Shown here piece after piece: positions 51,395 through 61,682 of a DNA stretch of 64,000 nucleotides. Source of the DNA: Candidatus Latescibacterota bacterium (GTDB taxonomy: Bacteria > Latescibacterota > UBA2968 > UBA8231); the NCBI GenBank assembly GCA_965219385.1, contig CBDCNM010000002.1, positions 1,544,936 through 1,608,935 of the forward strand, read 5' to 3'. The first letter of the stretch is position 1; every line of letters starts with the position of its first letter. The notes below the pieces were generated by a model. It was not told the DNA's origin, did not search any database, and was given only the letters and a program-made list of their open reading frames with translations. A program made the translations under genes and the position numbers.

Positions 51395-53026
51395 TCAATA
51401 CTCATACGCGAGGTTCGAGGCTTGCGCTTTCTTGTGCAAATCCGCCAGAAAACCCAGAATCCACTTATTGCTGATCTCGAGAGCAGAATAGGTCCACCAC
51501 CAGGTTTCAGCATACGGGAAATCGTCCCGGGCGAACCACGACCCCCGATTTTCCAGGTAGGGCGTAAGAGCCTCGACGAGAAGATCTACCAGCTCCAGAT
51601 TCGTTATCCCGAGTGCGTCCCGGGTGGAAAAAAACTGATCCCGTATGCTGGTATCCCGCGCTGTTGCGCCGCTTATGAACTCTTTATCTGCCCAGCCCTT
51701 GTGGTTGGTCAGGCGAAAAATGACGCCGGTCCGCCGCAGAGACTTCAGCATATCCGCGCGCGGCAGGCAGGGCGATTCGATCAATTCGTGCGGTTCGCGC
51801 TCCGACGAAAAGACCATGTCGTGCCGCCGCGCTATCTCGAGTAGTTCCGTGCCGGGCAATCCTCTCATCACGTGACAACAAAGCAAGTGCGAAGTCCCCG
51901 AGCGGAGCTTTTCCAGCATGTATTCAAGGGTGCGCTCTATCGAATGGATGTCTTCCCCGGGAAGCCCGATGATCAGATCTATTTTTGCGTATAAGCCGTA
52001 TTTTTGAATCAGGGCGAAGGTGGTTTCGAATTTTTCCAGTTTGATGCCGCGGCGCACCTGACGCAAAATCTCCAGATTTATGGTTTGCACGCCGACGCCC
52101 AGGATGATCTCGTTCCACGGGTACAGGTCGTTGAACCGGGCGAAAAGGGCGGCGATCTCCTCATCTATGAAACCTGGTATCAATTCAAACATCAACTTCG
52201 TCTCAAAGCGCTCCTGGATCAGGCCCTTCAGGATGGCTTTGGCGTGGTCCAGATCGGAGGTGAAGTTGGCGTCAACGAAGCGAATGTTCTTTACTCCTTT
52301 ATTGATGAGGTAGCGCACCTCGTCGAGGGTGCGTTCGACGCTGGCATAGGAAATCCGGCTCATGTCTTTGTGGTATATACAGTACGAGCACCGCAGGTTG
52401 CACCCCCTCTGCGTCTCTACGTTGGCTTCTACCCTGGGGCGCTGCAAAACGGCGTCGTCCACTACTCCGCTCAGAAAAGGAGAGGGGATATCGAGTAGGG
52501 ACTTGAACGGGGTGCGTTTTTGGTTGACCTCCAGGCGATCCGAACCGGGTTTGCGGTAGGCCAGACCCGAAATTTCCGCCAGCTCCGGTGCGCCCCCTTC
52601 CAGGTATTTCAACAGCTCGAGAAAGGTCCGCTCGCCTTCCCCGGAAATGCAAAAATCCATCTCGAAGTCGTCGAACTTTCCCTCCTTTAGATAATCTGTC
52701 GCCATCTCGGGACCGCCCCATAAGATTTTTGCGTTCGGGGCTTTCTCCCTGATCGCCTCGGCCAATTTCCCGAAAACCTTGATATTCCACATATAACAGG
52801 AAAAGCCGACGAGATCCGGCTCGAAGGCCAGAATCTGGTCAATCAATGGAGGGATCCTGGCGGATTCGTGGACGACGGTGATCAGGGGATGCTGGATAAC
52901 GGGTATATCCCATCCGTGCCGTATGGTGGAGTCGCTGTATGCATAGGTCTTGAGGTTGTACAGAGACAGGCTGAAACCATTATCGGAACCCGAAATACCC
53001 ACGAGTACTGCTCTCTTTTTCTTCAT
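51395..53026 (-). CDS. B12-binding radical SAM protein
   Basis: VGFSCYMWN, WGGPE, GEGE, RGCNLRCSYC (CxxxCxxC), LIIGLPGE. Confidence 0.9.
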   Translation of the reverse strand: MKKKRAVLVGISGSDNGFSLSLYNLKTYAYSDSTIRHGWDIPVIQHPLITVVHESARIPPLIDQILAFEPDLVGFSCYMWNIKVFGKLAEAIREKAPNAKILWGGPEMATDYLKEGKFDDFEMDFCISGEGERTFLELLKYLEGGAPELAEISGLAYRKPGSDRLEVNQKRTPFKSLLDIPSPFLSGVVDDAVLQRPRVEANVETQRGCNLRCSYCIYHKDMSRISYASVERTLDEVRYLINKGVKNIRFVDANFTSDLDHAKAILKGLIQERFETKLMFELIPGFIDEEIAALFARFNDLYPWNEIILGVGVQTINLEILRQVRRGIKLEKFETTFALIQKYGLYAKIDLIIGLPGEDIHSIERTLEYMLEKLRSGTSHLLCCHVMRGLPGTELLEIARRHDMVFSSEREPHELIESPCLPRADMLKSLRRTGVIFRLTNHKGWADKEFISGATARDTSIRDQFFSTRDALGITNLELVDLLVEALTPYLENRGSWFARDDFPYAETWWWTYSALEISNKWILGFLADLHKKAQASNLAYEY

Positions 53027-53233
53027 GCCCTCGCTCCTTCAAAGACAGGAACCATCCCGAACCATCGGCGTCTCCTTAGCAGGATCGCCGCCCCGGGTAG
53101 GGTAGATTCCTGGACACGGAAGCTACATCTTTGTATTATTTTTACAATCATCTCCTCCCAATGTCCCCGACCTGCGTTGCTGGTCATCGTTTAACAATTT
53201 AATCACAACAAGATCGAACGTCCAAAAATCCAC

Positions 53234-56200
53234 ATGCCCTCCGCTCTACTGCGCGCCTTTTTTATTCTTTTAATCGCCGCTGCATCCCGGCTGCCGGCCT
53301 CTCCCCTCCAGATCCTGGCGCAGGGCCCCGAGGGCCTCACCCTGGAACTTGAGCTGCCGCCGCCCCGGCTGGAGCAAAAAAACTTCGCCGGTCAGACCTT
53401 CGACGACCTGGTCGCGCCCGGCTATGCCCGGCTCGATTTGTCCGGCCAACCAGCCCTGCCCTTCATCGCCGAACTGCTGGCTGCTCCCCCTGATGCCCAG
53501 ATCCAGGTGGAAATCCATCCGCTCCACTACCTGGACATGGGGGATGTATTTTTTGTTCCCGCGCCCCGGATTCCCGCCGACGCGCCGGATGAATTGGTCT
53601 ACGAGCCCGAGAGCGCGCATTACCAGCAGGATGTCTTTGCGCCCGAACTTGCCGCCGTCACCCAGTACCTGGGCAGCCTGCGCGGCGTGCCGGCCCACGC
53701 CCTGCGCATCTATCCTTTCAGCTACAACCCGGCGCGCCGCACCCTGCGGGTCTACGACCGTCTGCGGATCCAGGTCCGCTTTCAGGGTGGAAGCAGCTCC
53801 AAGTCCCTTTCCCAACCACCTTCTCCCCGTGCTTCAGGCCTCTACAAAGCCTTTTTGAACGCCCCGCGGGCCGCAGCCAGCCCCGCCCCCAGGGCGGCAA
53901 GGCCCGCAGCCGTCAACTGGTACGACCCCAGCGCTCCCTGGATCAAGGTATTTATCAACCGGGAGGATGGCCTCTACCGCATCGATCCGGCCTGGCTGGA
54001 ACGGCGCAATATAGACCCTGCGAGCCTGGACCCCCGCACCTTCCGGCTTCTCTACCAGGGCGAGGAACAGCCCGTCTATGTGCGCGGAGAAGCGGATGGA
54101 CTTTTCGACGAAGACGACTACCTGATCTTTCACGGCCGCTTCCGGCGAGACGAAAAAAACTTCGACAGCCCGTACGGCCGGCGCAACATCTACTGGCTGA
54201 CCTGGGGCAAGGAACCGGGACAACGGCTGCAGGAGCGCTCCGGAGCCCCGGTCAACGAGTACCCGCAACAGCGTTCGTACTGGACCACGGTCCATCTGGA
54301 GCAGGACTTGGAATACGATCCCCTGCCCGCTGCTCCGGACAACCAGCGCGATCACTGGTTTTGGGGTAAGCCGGTAAAAGCGACCAAACCCGATGTGCCC
54401 GGCTCCCGTTCACTGGTCGGGACCCTCGACGATCCGGACACCCACACCGGCTACAATGCCCGCATCCGCGTCGCTCTGCACGGACACTCGAGCCTGGGAC
54501 ACCACACGGTGGTGCAGCTGAACAGCCGGGGACTCGATGATCGGATTATCGACGAGCGCATCTGGGAGGGCCAGGTCGAATTGCTGATCGAAAAGGAGAT
54601 TCCGGCCTCCTACCTGAACAACGGCAAGAACCGGATCCTCCTCAAGGCCTTTGCTGACCAGTCCAAGTTCGACCAGGTCTACATGAACTGGTTTGAAATC
54701 GACTACCTCCGCTTCTACCGGGCCCGGGCCGGGTACCTGGACTTTGTGCAGCCGCCCTCCAGCGGCCACCGCATCAGCATTTCGGGTTTTGACCACCGCC
54801 GGATCGAACTCTACGACCTGGCTCACGGCATCCGCTTTGTCGACGTGGAACTCGACAGCGCCGGAGTGAGCTTCGGCGTGACCTTTGAAGACGTTGCGGA
54901 CACGCCGGCCCTGTACGTCGCGGCCGACAGCCTGAGCATAAGGACCCCCACGGGACTCCTGGATCAGGCCTCTTGGCTGCGCAGTCCCGCCCGCCAAGCC
55001 GACTATCTGATCATCACTCACAGCCGTTTCTTGCGCTTTGTGCAACCGCTGGCCGAGCATCGTCGCACGGCCGGCCTCGAGGCGGAGATCATCAATGTCC
55101 AAGACATCTACGACGAATTTTCCCACGGCCTGACCGCCCGCGAAGCCGTCCGCGACTTTATCCACTACGCCTATCACAACTGGCAGATCCCGCCCGCCTA
55201 CGTCCTGCTGGTGGGGGACGCCAGCATCGACTACAGAGAAACTTTTGTTCCCACCCTCTACTACAAGTCCAGGGCGCGCGGCCGCGCGCCCAGCGACTAC
55301 CTTTACACCCTGGTGGACGGAGACGATATACTCTCCGACTTGAGCATTGGCCGGCTGCCCATCGAAAACGGCAATGAAGCCGAGTGGATGGTGGAAAAAA
55401 TCACGGCCTACGATCGGGATCCAGAGCCGGGGGCCTGGCGCGGCAGAGTACTCTACCTGGCCAACCACCACGAGGCCCTTTTCATCCAGCCCAGCAATCA
55501 ACTGGCCGCCCGCTACACCGAACCCCTGGGCCTGGAATCGGTCAAGATTTTCAACCCGGACGAAGCACCACTCCCCAACCCCACGGGCGTGGCCTTTATA
55601 GACGCCTTCAACCGCGGCGCCCTCCTGCTCAACTACAATGGTCACGGCAGTGTCAACGCCATGGCCTTTGTGCTTGGTATCACACCCGACTGGGACTATC
55701 TGAGTCAACTCAATAACAACCGACGCCTGCCCCTGGTGCTGGCCTTCTCCTGTCTCAACTCGTTATTCGTCCACCCGAAGGTGGAGAGCCTGGGCGAGGC
55801 CCTCACCAGTAAAGAAGACGGCGCCATCGCCTATATTTCGGCCACGGCCAAAAGCTTTGTGGCCCAGAACAACCTCCTGGGCGACCGTCTCTTCAACCAG
55901 TTCTTCGCCGAGGGCAACCTGGAGTTTGGTCCCACCCTGGACGTGGCCAAGGCCCAGGTGCTGGCCGCGCACTACAGCTATGACGCCGCGGTCCTCACCA
56001 TGCAGTTGTTCGGCGATCCGGCCCAAAAACTGGCCCTGCCGCAGAGCGCCGACTACACCCCTGTGAGCCTGGAAATCTCGCCGCGGCAGGTCGTTGGCCA
56101 CTCCACCCTGAACATCCAGGTGATCCTGCGCAACAACACCCGCATCACCCCGGACAGCCTGGCCGTAGCAGTGCTGGGCTACGGTCCTGAGGAAGCCCTA

Positions 56201-58774
56201 CCCGAGACCCTGTTTTACGCTCCCCAGGATCCTTTTTCCGGCACCCGGACCCTGTCCTTCGACTGGCCCGTGCAGGACCGCCGCGGACCCTACCGCCTCG
56301 AGGTGTGGCTGGATCCGGAGGACAAGGTGGCCGAGGTAGACGAACACAACAACCGCCTGCAGCGGGAGCTGGACATCCTCGAACCTTTGATCCCCACGCC
56401 CCTTTTCCCGGGACCCGACGCCGTCCACCCGCCCCGGGACCTGAGCCTGGAAGCCGTTCTGCCTTTAAGCGCGGCGTCTTCGACCTGCGAGTTCGTCCTC
56501 TCCACCGATGCGGCTTTTACAGCCGAAAAACAGGTGGATGCGGCGCTCGTCTCCCCCGCAAACGGTCTGGCGGTCTACCGTCCCGAATTGTCCGCCGCCG
56601 AGCAGACCTATTTCTGGAAGGTCCGCCTCCTCACCGGCGCGGGCGCAGGCCCCTGGAGCCCCTCCCGTAGCTTCCACATCTCCGAGGTGGAAGCATTGCC
56701 CATGCCCACGTGGAGACAGCAAAGCGCCCAGTTGCTCACCGGTTCGTCCCAGGACCTGGTGCTGGGCCCAGAAGAGGGGCACCTGACGCTGGCGGCGGCC
56801 TCCCTGCCCTTCCGGCCCTCCAGCGCCACCCGGGAAGACGGTTTCACCGTGCGCGACCTGAAGGGATCCGGGGTGCTGTGCACGGACGGCACTTACCTCT
56901 ACGCCAAGCGCTGGTACAACGACGGCACGACCATTTATCCGGGCACCGATTTTTTCACCCGCGTCGGCAGCGGTTTCAACGATACCCGGCGCGACCTCAA
57001 CTACGGCGTTCTGGCCGATTCCACCACGGCCGGCATCTCGGCGACCTACCACAGCGATGGTTGCATCTACAACGACAGCGGCAGGGCCTTTGAGCTCGAG
57101 CGGATTCGGGTCGAGACCGGCGAGCTGGATACCGTGGAAGTGGCAGAGGGATTGATCGAGTGGCAGAGCGGCCAGATCGTCAACGGCCACTCACTGTTCA
57201 CGTCGGACGGACGCTACATCTACAACGTGGCCATGAGTTCGGAGGCCGGCATGCGCACCGAGTGGAGAATCCGGGTCTTCGACCCGGGCGCCGACTGGGC
57301 CCTGGTGCGGGAATTCACCTCTCCTCCCACCGAGAACGGCTTTACCTTCAAGTGGACCGACGGGGTCCTGGCCGACGGCGAGCGGCTCTACTTCGTCGAG
57401 CACAAAGGCCAGCGCCGCATCCGCATGGTAGACGCCTTTGACGGCCGCTTTCTGGACGAGTGGACCAGTGACCAGGACACCACCCGCATCATCACCGGGC
57501 AGTACGACTGGATCAACAACAAGGTCTGGCTGGGCGATCTGTGGAGCTCGGCGATTTTTCGCTACACCGGACTGGGACGCGTCGAAGCGGGCCGGCTCAC
57601 GTCCCGGACCGTGGGCCCGGCCGCCGCCTGGCACCGCCTGGACATCGCCGGGCAGGCCACCGGGGGTGCCCGGCTCACCGTGGACCTGCAGGTCCGCGAC
57701 GCGGGCGACACCTGGGTCACTCTGCCGGATTTTGCCGGCCTGTCCGCTGGCACCTCCGCGGACCTGAGCGATCTCGACGCCTCCAGGTACCCCGAGATCC
57801 GCCTGCGAGCGGATCTTGCGGGCAGCCCCGAGACCGTGCACCTGGAGTCCTGGGCCCTGGAGTTCACCCCCCTGCCATCCCTGCAGCTAGAACAGCCACA
57901 GGCCCGGCAAGACTCGTCCGGCCTGCGGGTCCAGGTCCAGGTCCGCAACCTGTCCGCCGAGGAGGTCGACGGCGCCCGTCTGCGCCTGGAGCGCGGCAAC
58001 CAAACCCTGGTGACCGAATTGCAGCTGGCCCCGCTGCAGCGCGGCGAGACCCGCCGGGTCGCCATCGACAGCCTGGCCCTGCCGCCTGTGGGGGCACGGC
58101 TGTTTGTCCGGGTTCTCACCCCCCTGCCGGATGCACATCCGGCCGACAACCGCCTCGAAATTCCCCTCCTGTTCGAGGGGCGTGCGCCCCTGATCTTCCG
58201 ATCCTGGCCCGGCGAAAATACCTTTCTCGACGGCGATCCCCTGCGCCCGGGTCAGGGCCTGGTGATCCAGGCCCCGGGGATTGCCGACGGCCGCATCTTC
58301 CTGGCCGTGGACGACATCCCCGTGGAAGCCGATTCCATCCTGGTGCCTAGCGCCGGGGACAAGGGCCTCCGCATTCTCTACCGGCCGCAACTCCCCCCGG
58401 GCGCCCACACCTTGCAGGCGCGGCTGTACCTGGGACAGGAGGAGGTCGGCTTGCGCCAGATCCGCTTCTTCCTCAGCGCCGCACTCTCCATCGCCAATCC
58501 GCTGATCTACCCCCATCCCGTGCGCCAGGGCGCGACCTTCACCTACGTGCTGTCGCACGACGCCGAAGTGGCCGTGGAGATCTACAGCCTCAGCGGCCGC
58601 CTGGTGCGCCGCCTGGGGCCACAGGTCCAGCCCGCCGGCTTCCAGCAACTGCCGTGGGACGGCCGCGACCAGTCCGGCCGGTCCCTGGCCAACGGCACCT
58701 ACCTCTACCGGATTCTGGCCGTGGACGGCGACGGCGAAGCCCGCTTCCACGGCCCCCTGAGCGTGGTGCGATAG
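53234..58774 (+). CDS. Large secreted C25 (gingipain-like) cysteine peptidase with propeptide, CARDB and FlgD-Ig C-terminal domains
   Basis: Signal peptide; DYLIIT, DIYDEFS, YVLLVGD, IGRLP, NYNGHG, FSC, LFGDP; C-terminal YPHP...IYSLSGRLVR...WDGRDQSGRSLANGTYLYRI. Confidence 0.82.
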   Translation: MPSALLRAFFILLIAAASRLPASPLQILAQGPEGLTLELELPPPRLEQKNFAGQTFDDLVAPGYARLDLSGQPALPFIAELLAAPPDAQIQVEIHPLHYLDMGDVFFVPAPRIPADAPDELVYEPESAHYQQDVFAPELAAVTQYLGSLRGVPAHALRIYPFSYNPARRTLRVYDRLRIQVRFQGGSSSKSLSQPPSPRASGLYKAFLNAPRAAASPAPRAARPAAVNWYDPSAPWIKVFINREDGLYRIDPAWLERRNIDPASLDPRTFRLLYQGEEQPVYVRGEADGLFDEDDYLIFHGRFRRDEKNFDSPYGRRNIYWLTWGKEPGQRLQERSGAPVNEYPQQRSYWTTVHLEQDLEYDPLPAAPDNQRDHWFWGKPVKATKPDVPGSRSLVGTLDDPDTHTGYNARIRVALHGHSSLGHHTVVQLNSRGLDDRIIDERIWEGQVELLIEKEIPASYLNNGKNRILLKAFADQSKFDQVYMNWFEIDYLRFYRARAGYLDFVQPPSSGHRISISGFDHRRIELYDLAHGIRFVDVELDSAGVSFGVTFEDVADTPALYVAADSLSIRTPTGLLDQASWLRSPARQADYLIITHSRFLRFVQPLAEHRRTAGLEAEIINVQDIYDEFSHGLTAREAVRDFIHYAYHNWQIPPAYVLLVGDASIDYRETFVPTLYYKSRARGRAPSDYLYTLVDGDDILSDLSIGRLPIENGNEAEWMVEKITAYDRDPEPGAWRGRVLYLANHHEALFIQPSNQLAARYTEPLGLESVKIFNPDEAPLPNPTGVAFIDAFNRGALLLNYNGHGSVNAMAFVLGITPDWDYLSQLNNNRRLPLVLAFSCLNSLFVHPKVESLGEALTSKEDGAIAYISATAKSFVAQNNLLGDRLFNQFFAEGNLEFGPTLDVAKAQVLAAHYSYDAAVLTMQLFGDPAQKLALPQSADYTPVSLEISPRQVVGHSTLNIQVILRNNTRITPDSLAVAVLGYGPEEALPETLFYAPQDPFSGTRTLSFDWPVQDRRGPYRLEVWLDPEDKVAEVDEHNNRLQRELDILEPLIPTPLFPGPDAVHPPRDLSLEAVLPLSAASSTCEFVLSTDAAFTAEKQVDAALVSPANGLAVYRPELSAAEQTYFWKVRLLTGAGAGPWSPSRSFHISEVEALPMPTWRQQSAQLLTGSSQDLVLGPEEGHLTLAAASLPFRPSSATREDGFTVRDLKGSGVLCTDGTYLYAKRWYNDGTTIYPGTDFFTRVGSGFNDTRRDLNYGVLADSTTAGISATYHSDGCIYNDSGRAFELERIRVETGELDTVEVAEGLIEWQSGQIVNGHSLFTSDGRYIYNVAMSSEAGMRTEWRIRVFDPGADWALVREFTSPPTENGFTFKWTDGVLADGERLYFVEHKGQRRIRMVDAFDGRFLDEWTSDQDTTRIITGQYDWINNKVWLGDLWSSAIFRYTGLGRVEAGRLTSRTVGPAAAWHRLDIAGQATGGARLTVDLQVRDAGDTWVTLPDFAGLSAGTSADLSDLDASRYPEIRLRADLAGSPETVHLESWALEFTPLPSLQLEQPQARQDSSGLRVQVQVRNLSAEEVDGARLRLERGNQTLVTELQLAPLQRGETRRVAIDSLALPPVGARLFVRVLTPLPDAHPADNRLEIPLLFEGRAPLIFRSWPGENTFLDGDPLRPGQGLVIQAPGIADGRIFLAVDDIPVEADSILVPSAGDKGLRILYRPQLPPGAHTLQARLYLGQEEVGLRQIRFFLSAALSIANPLIYPHPVRQGATFTYVLSHDAEVAVEIYSLSGRLVRRLGPQVQPAGFQQLPWDGRDQSGRSLANGTYLYRILAVDGDGEARFHGPLSVVR

Positions 58775-58775
58775 T

Positions 58776-60242
58776 TCACTGCTGCATCCGGGGCGCGGCG
58801 CCGATCTGAGACCCCCCACCGCCCACGAGCATGTGCCAGTATTCCCGGCACAATCCCCAGGCAAAGAGCCGCAGAGCCAGGATATAGGCGGCGAAACCCG
58901 CCAGAAAGGCCTGGAGCAAAACGGCCAGCGGCAGGCCGCCAGACCCCAATTTGACCAGGAGCACTACCGCCAGGACCATGGCGGTAACCAGTCCGGGCCG
59001 CACCAGCGCGCCCAGATAGGCGGCGAAACCGAGTCCGATCAAACGATTGACCAGGTGCTGGGATACAACGAGGAAAAGCAGGGAGAAGAGGAAGACGCCC
59101 GCGGCGATTCCGGCCGTGCCGAAGCGCACGCTGAAGTAGAAACCCGGCAACAGGACCAGCAGGCTGAACAGGGTCCAGCGGAAAGCCCAGTGGGACTTGT
59201 CTTTGGCCAGGAAAACAGAGCCGACCGTGGTGCCTATAGCCTTCAGCATGCAGGTCAGGGCGAGCAGGCGGAAAGCGCTCCCGGCCGGCGCCAGCTCCTG
59301 GTTCACCCACTGCAGGATCTCGGCGGGAAAGACCAGCGCGCCCGCCAGCAGCGGCCACGCCAGCAAGGCAATGCCGGTGGCGGATTTCAGATAGCCCTGG
59401 CGCAGCCGCTCGTCCTCTTCCTGGACGCTCGCCAGGGCGGGGAAAAGAACCTGGTTGACGGTTTGGGCCAGGCGGGCGTACGGCAGCATGGTAAACCTGT
59501 AGGCAAAGCTGTAATAACCCATGGCCTTATCGCCCAGAAAGTACATTATGAAGAGGTAGTCCAGGTTGGCGTTGAGGTAGTTGAGCCCATTGGCGCCCGT
59601 GATGTTAAACCCAAAGCGCAGCAAATTTCGCAGATAGGCCATCCCGAAGACGAACCGGGGGCGCCAGGCCGCCGCCCACCAGAGGCCAGCCAGCAGGGCG
59701 ACCTCGCGGGTGATAGCGTTGAGGATAGGGGCCCACGGGCCGAGTCCCGCTGCCAGGGCAACCACTCCAACCCCTCCCGCCCAAAGCACGGCGACGATTT
59801 CAGCCACGGCGATGGAACGGAAGCGGAGCTCCCGCTGTAGACGAGCCCGCATCACCCCGGAGACTGCGGCAAAGGGGATCAGCGCGGCCAGCGGCACCAG
59901 CACAGCTTGAAACCCAGGGGCATCCTGGGCAAAGCTCGAGACCAGGGGGGCTCCCGCAACCAGCGCGACCACAATCAGCAAACCGAGCCCCAGATTGGTC
60001 CAGAAGGCGGTGCTGAAGTGGCCCTCTTCGGCCTCGCGGAACCGAACCAGGGCCATGCCCAGACCCAGATCCCCCACCAGGGCCAGCAGCAGCACCACCA
60101 CCAGGGCTCCCTGGAACTGGCCCATTACTTCCAGGGGCAGGTGTTTGAAGAAGAGGAAGGTGACCAACAGGTTGGCCGCGACCGAGGTGCCGGTCCAGAA
60201 AATCCCGCGGATGGTTTGCGTGGAGAGGGATTGTTTTTCCAC
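58776..60242 (-). CDS. Wzx-type polysaccharide flippase
   Basis: DLGLGMALV, STAFW, LQRELRFR, MGYYSFAY, VLFPALA; many transmembrane segments. Confidence 0.88.
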   Translation of the reverse strand: MEKQSLSTQTIRGIFWTGTSVAANLLVTFLFFKHLPLEVMGQFQGALVVVLLLALVGDLGLGMALVRFREAEEGHFSTAFWTNLGLGLLIVVALVAGAPLVSSFAQDAPGFQAVLVPLAALIPFAAVSGVMRARLQRELRFRSIAVAEIVAVLWAGGVGVVALAAGLGPWAPILNAITREVALLAGLWWAAAWRPRFVFGMAYLRNLLRFGFNITGANGLNYLNANLDYLFIMYFLGDKAMGYYSFAYRFTMLPYARLAQTVNQVLFPALASVQEEDERLRQGYLKSATGIALLAWPLLAGALVFPAEILQWVNQELAPAGSAFRLLALTCMLKAIGTTVGSVFLAKDKSHWAFRWTLFSLLVLLPGFYFSVRFGTAGIAAGVFLFSLLFLVVSQHLVNRLIGLGFAAYLGALVRPGLVTAMVLAVVLLVKLGSGGLPLAVLLQAFLAGFAAYILALRLFAWGLCREYWHMLVGGGGSQIGAAPRMQQ

Positions 60243-60246
60243 TGTG

Positions 60247-61422
60247 CTAGGCGAATTCCCGTTTCAGAATCAAGCCATCGACATAGAATTTAGCCGCCCA
60301 GCTCAGATAGGCATAAGGGACGTAACGTCCCCAAACAGGGCGCGATCCGGCAATGCCGCCCCTGATTCCCGGATTGGCGCCGTCCAGCGACTGGGTCCGC
60401 TTTACCTGGTCGAGCAAACGGAAGGCGGCCCGAGCAAAGCGAAAATCCTGGTTGAGGCGGCACAGCTTCAGCCAGACGATGGCCAACTGGGCATTGCCCA
60501 CCAGACAGGAGGACCTGTCCCGGGATTCCAGGTTTTTGTCCAGGGTCGCAGGCAGGTAGGCCGATTCCGCCAGGGAGCCGTACTTCAGCATTATTTTTTG
60601 TGCTGCTTCGGTGACCACCTCCAGGATCCGCCGGGCCTCGTCCCCACCCAGGTGGATCGCGGCCTCCAGCAAACCGCGCAGGGTGTAGGCAATGGTGTGG
60701 GTGAAGGGGATATCCCGGGGCGCAAAGCTCATGTACCTGAACCAGCTGTCTTCTCTGCCGGCGGTCAGAATCCACTCGATATTGCGCTGGGCTGCCGTCC
60801 TGTACTGGTCGTCGCGCGTAGAGTTGTAGACTTCCAGCAAGGCCCACGCCACGCGCGCGTGGTAGGTGTGAGGCACCCCCATATAAGCGTGTTTACTCCA
60901 CTTCCCGTCCTCGTCCTGCACCCTCAGGAGCCAGTCCGATGCCCGGGTGGCCGCCTGCAAAAAGCGCTCGGCGCCAGTTGCCCTGTAGAGCGCCATCCAG
61001 CCCAGTACGACCTGCCCGGTATTGAAGACGATCGGGTGGTCGTTGAGGCCTATTCCGCCCCTGACCCCACCACAGGGCAACTGGATGTCGACTTCCCACT
61101 CCCCCATCCTCAGGGCCTTCTCCAGGTGGGCCTCACTGCCGCACAGCCGAGCGTAGCGCAGAAAAGTAGGGATGATGTAACCCGTAACCTCGGGATAGGG
61201 CGGCATCCAGCCCCTTTTAAAGAAATAACCCGCGGAAACCCCGCCGCACCCTGTGACCTCCTGCGCTCTGCAGAGCCAGTCTACGGCGGCTTGCAGGTGA
61301 TCCTGGTCGGAGCGGACCTCGTTGCCGGCCTTGAAAAGGCCGCGCAAAACCACCGGCCAGTGAGAGGGGCGGATTGCGACGCGAGCCCATTCGCATGCGT
61401 TTATGGCTGTTTTTCTTATCAC
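60247..61422 (-). CDS. Alpha/alpha-toroid protein (prenyltransferase/squalene-cyclase-like repeats) of polysaccharide loci
   Basis: AVDWLCRAQ, YPEVTGYIIPT, FNTGQV, WLLRVQDEDGKW, SWAAKF. Confidence 0.65.
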   Translation of the reverse strand: MIRKTAINACEWARVAIRPSHWPVVLRGLFKAGNEVRSDQDHLQAAVDWLCRAQEVTGCGGVSAGYFFKRGWMPPYPEVTGYIIPTFLRYARLCGSEAHLEKALRMGEWEVDIQLPCGGVRGGIGLNDHPIVFNTGQVVLGWMALYRATGAERFLQAATRASDWLLRVQDEDGKWSKHAYMGVPHTYHARVAWALLEVYNSTRDDQYRTAAQRNIEWILTAGREDSWFRYMSFAPRDIPFTHTIAYTLRGLLEAAIHLGGDEARRILEVVTEAAQKIMLKYGSLAESAYLPATLDKNLESRDRSSCLVGNAQLAIVWLKLCRLNQDFRFARAAFRLLDQVKRTQSLDGANPGIRGGIAGSRPVWGRYVPYAYLSWAAKFYVDGLILKREFA

Positions 61423-61682
61423 TGAGAGCAGTGCCGCCGGGGCAAAAATGCATGAGAAGCGAGGACGATGTGCAGTATTTCACCCGCGCTCGGGGCGCAC
61501 CAGGAATTTTAAGAAGGCTTCTAATATATTGAATTCGGCGGCCGGGACCAAGCTTGCCGCCCTATCTGGCGAGACCTTTCCCCTATTGAATAAACTTCGA
61601 TAAAATATTATTTTACATTGTATTTAGAGTATTTAGAATTATTAATCAACCAGGGGCGGGGTCGTCGCGATAAGGAGCTGGT

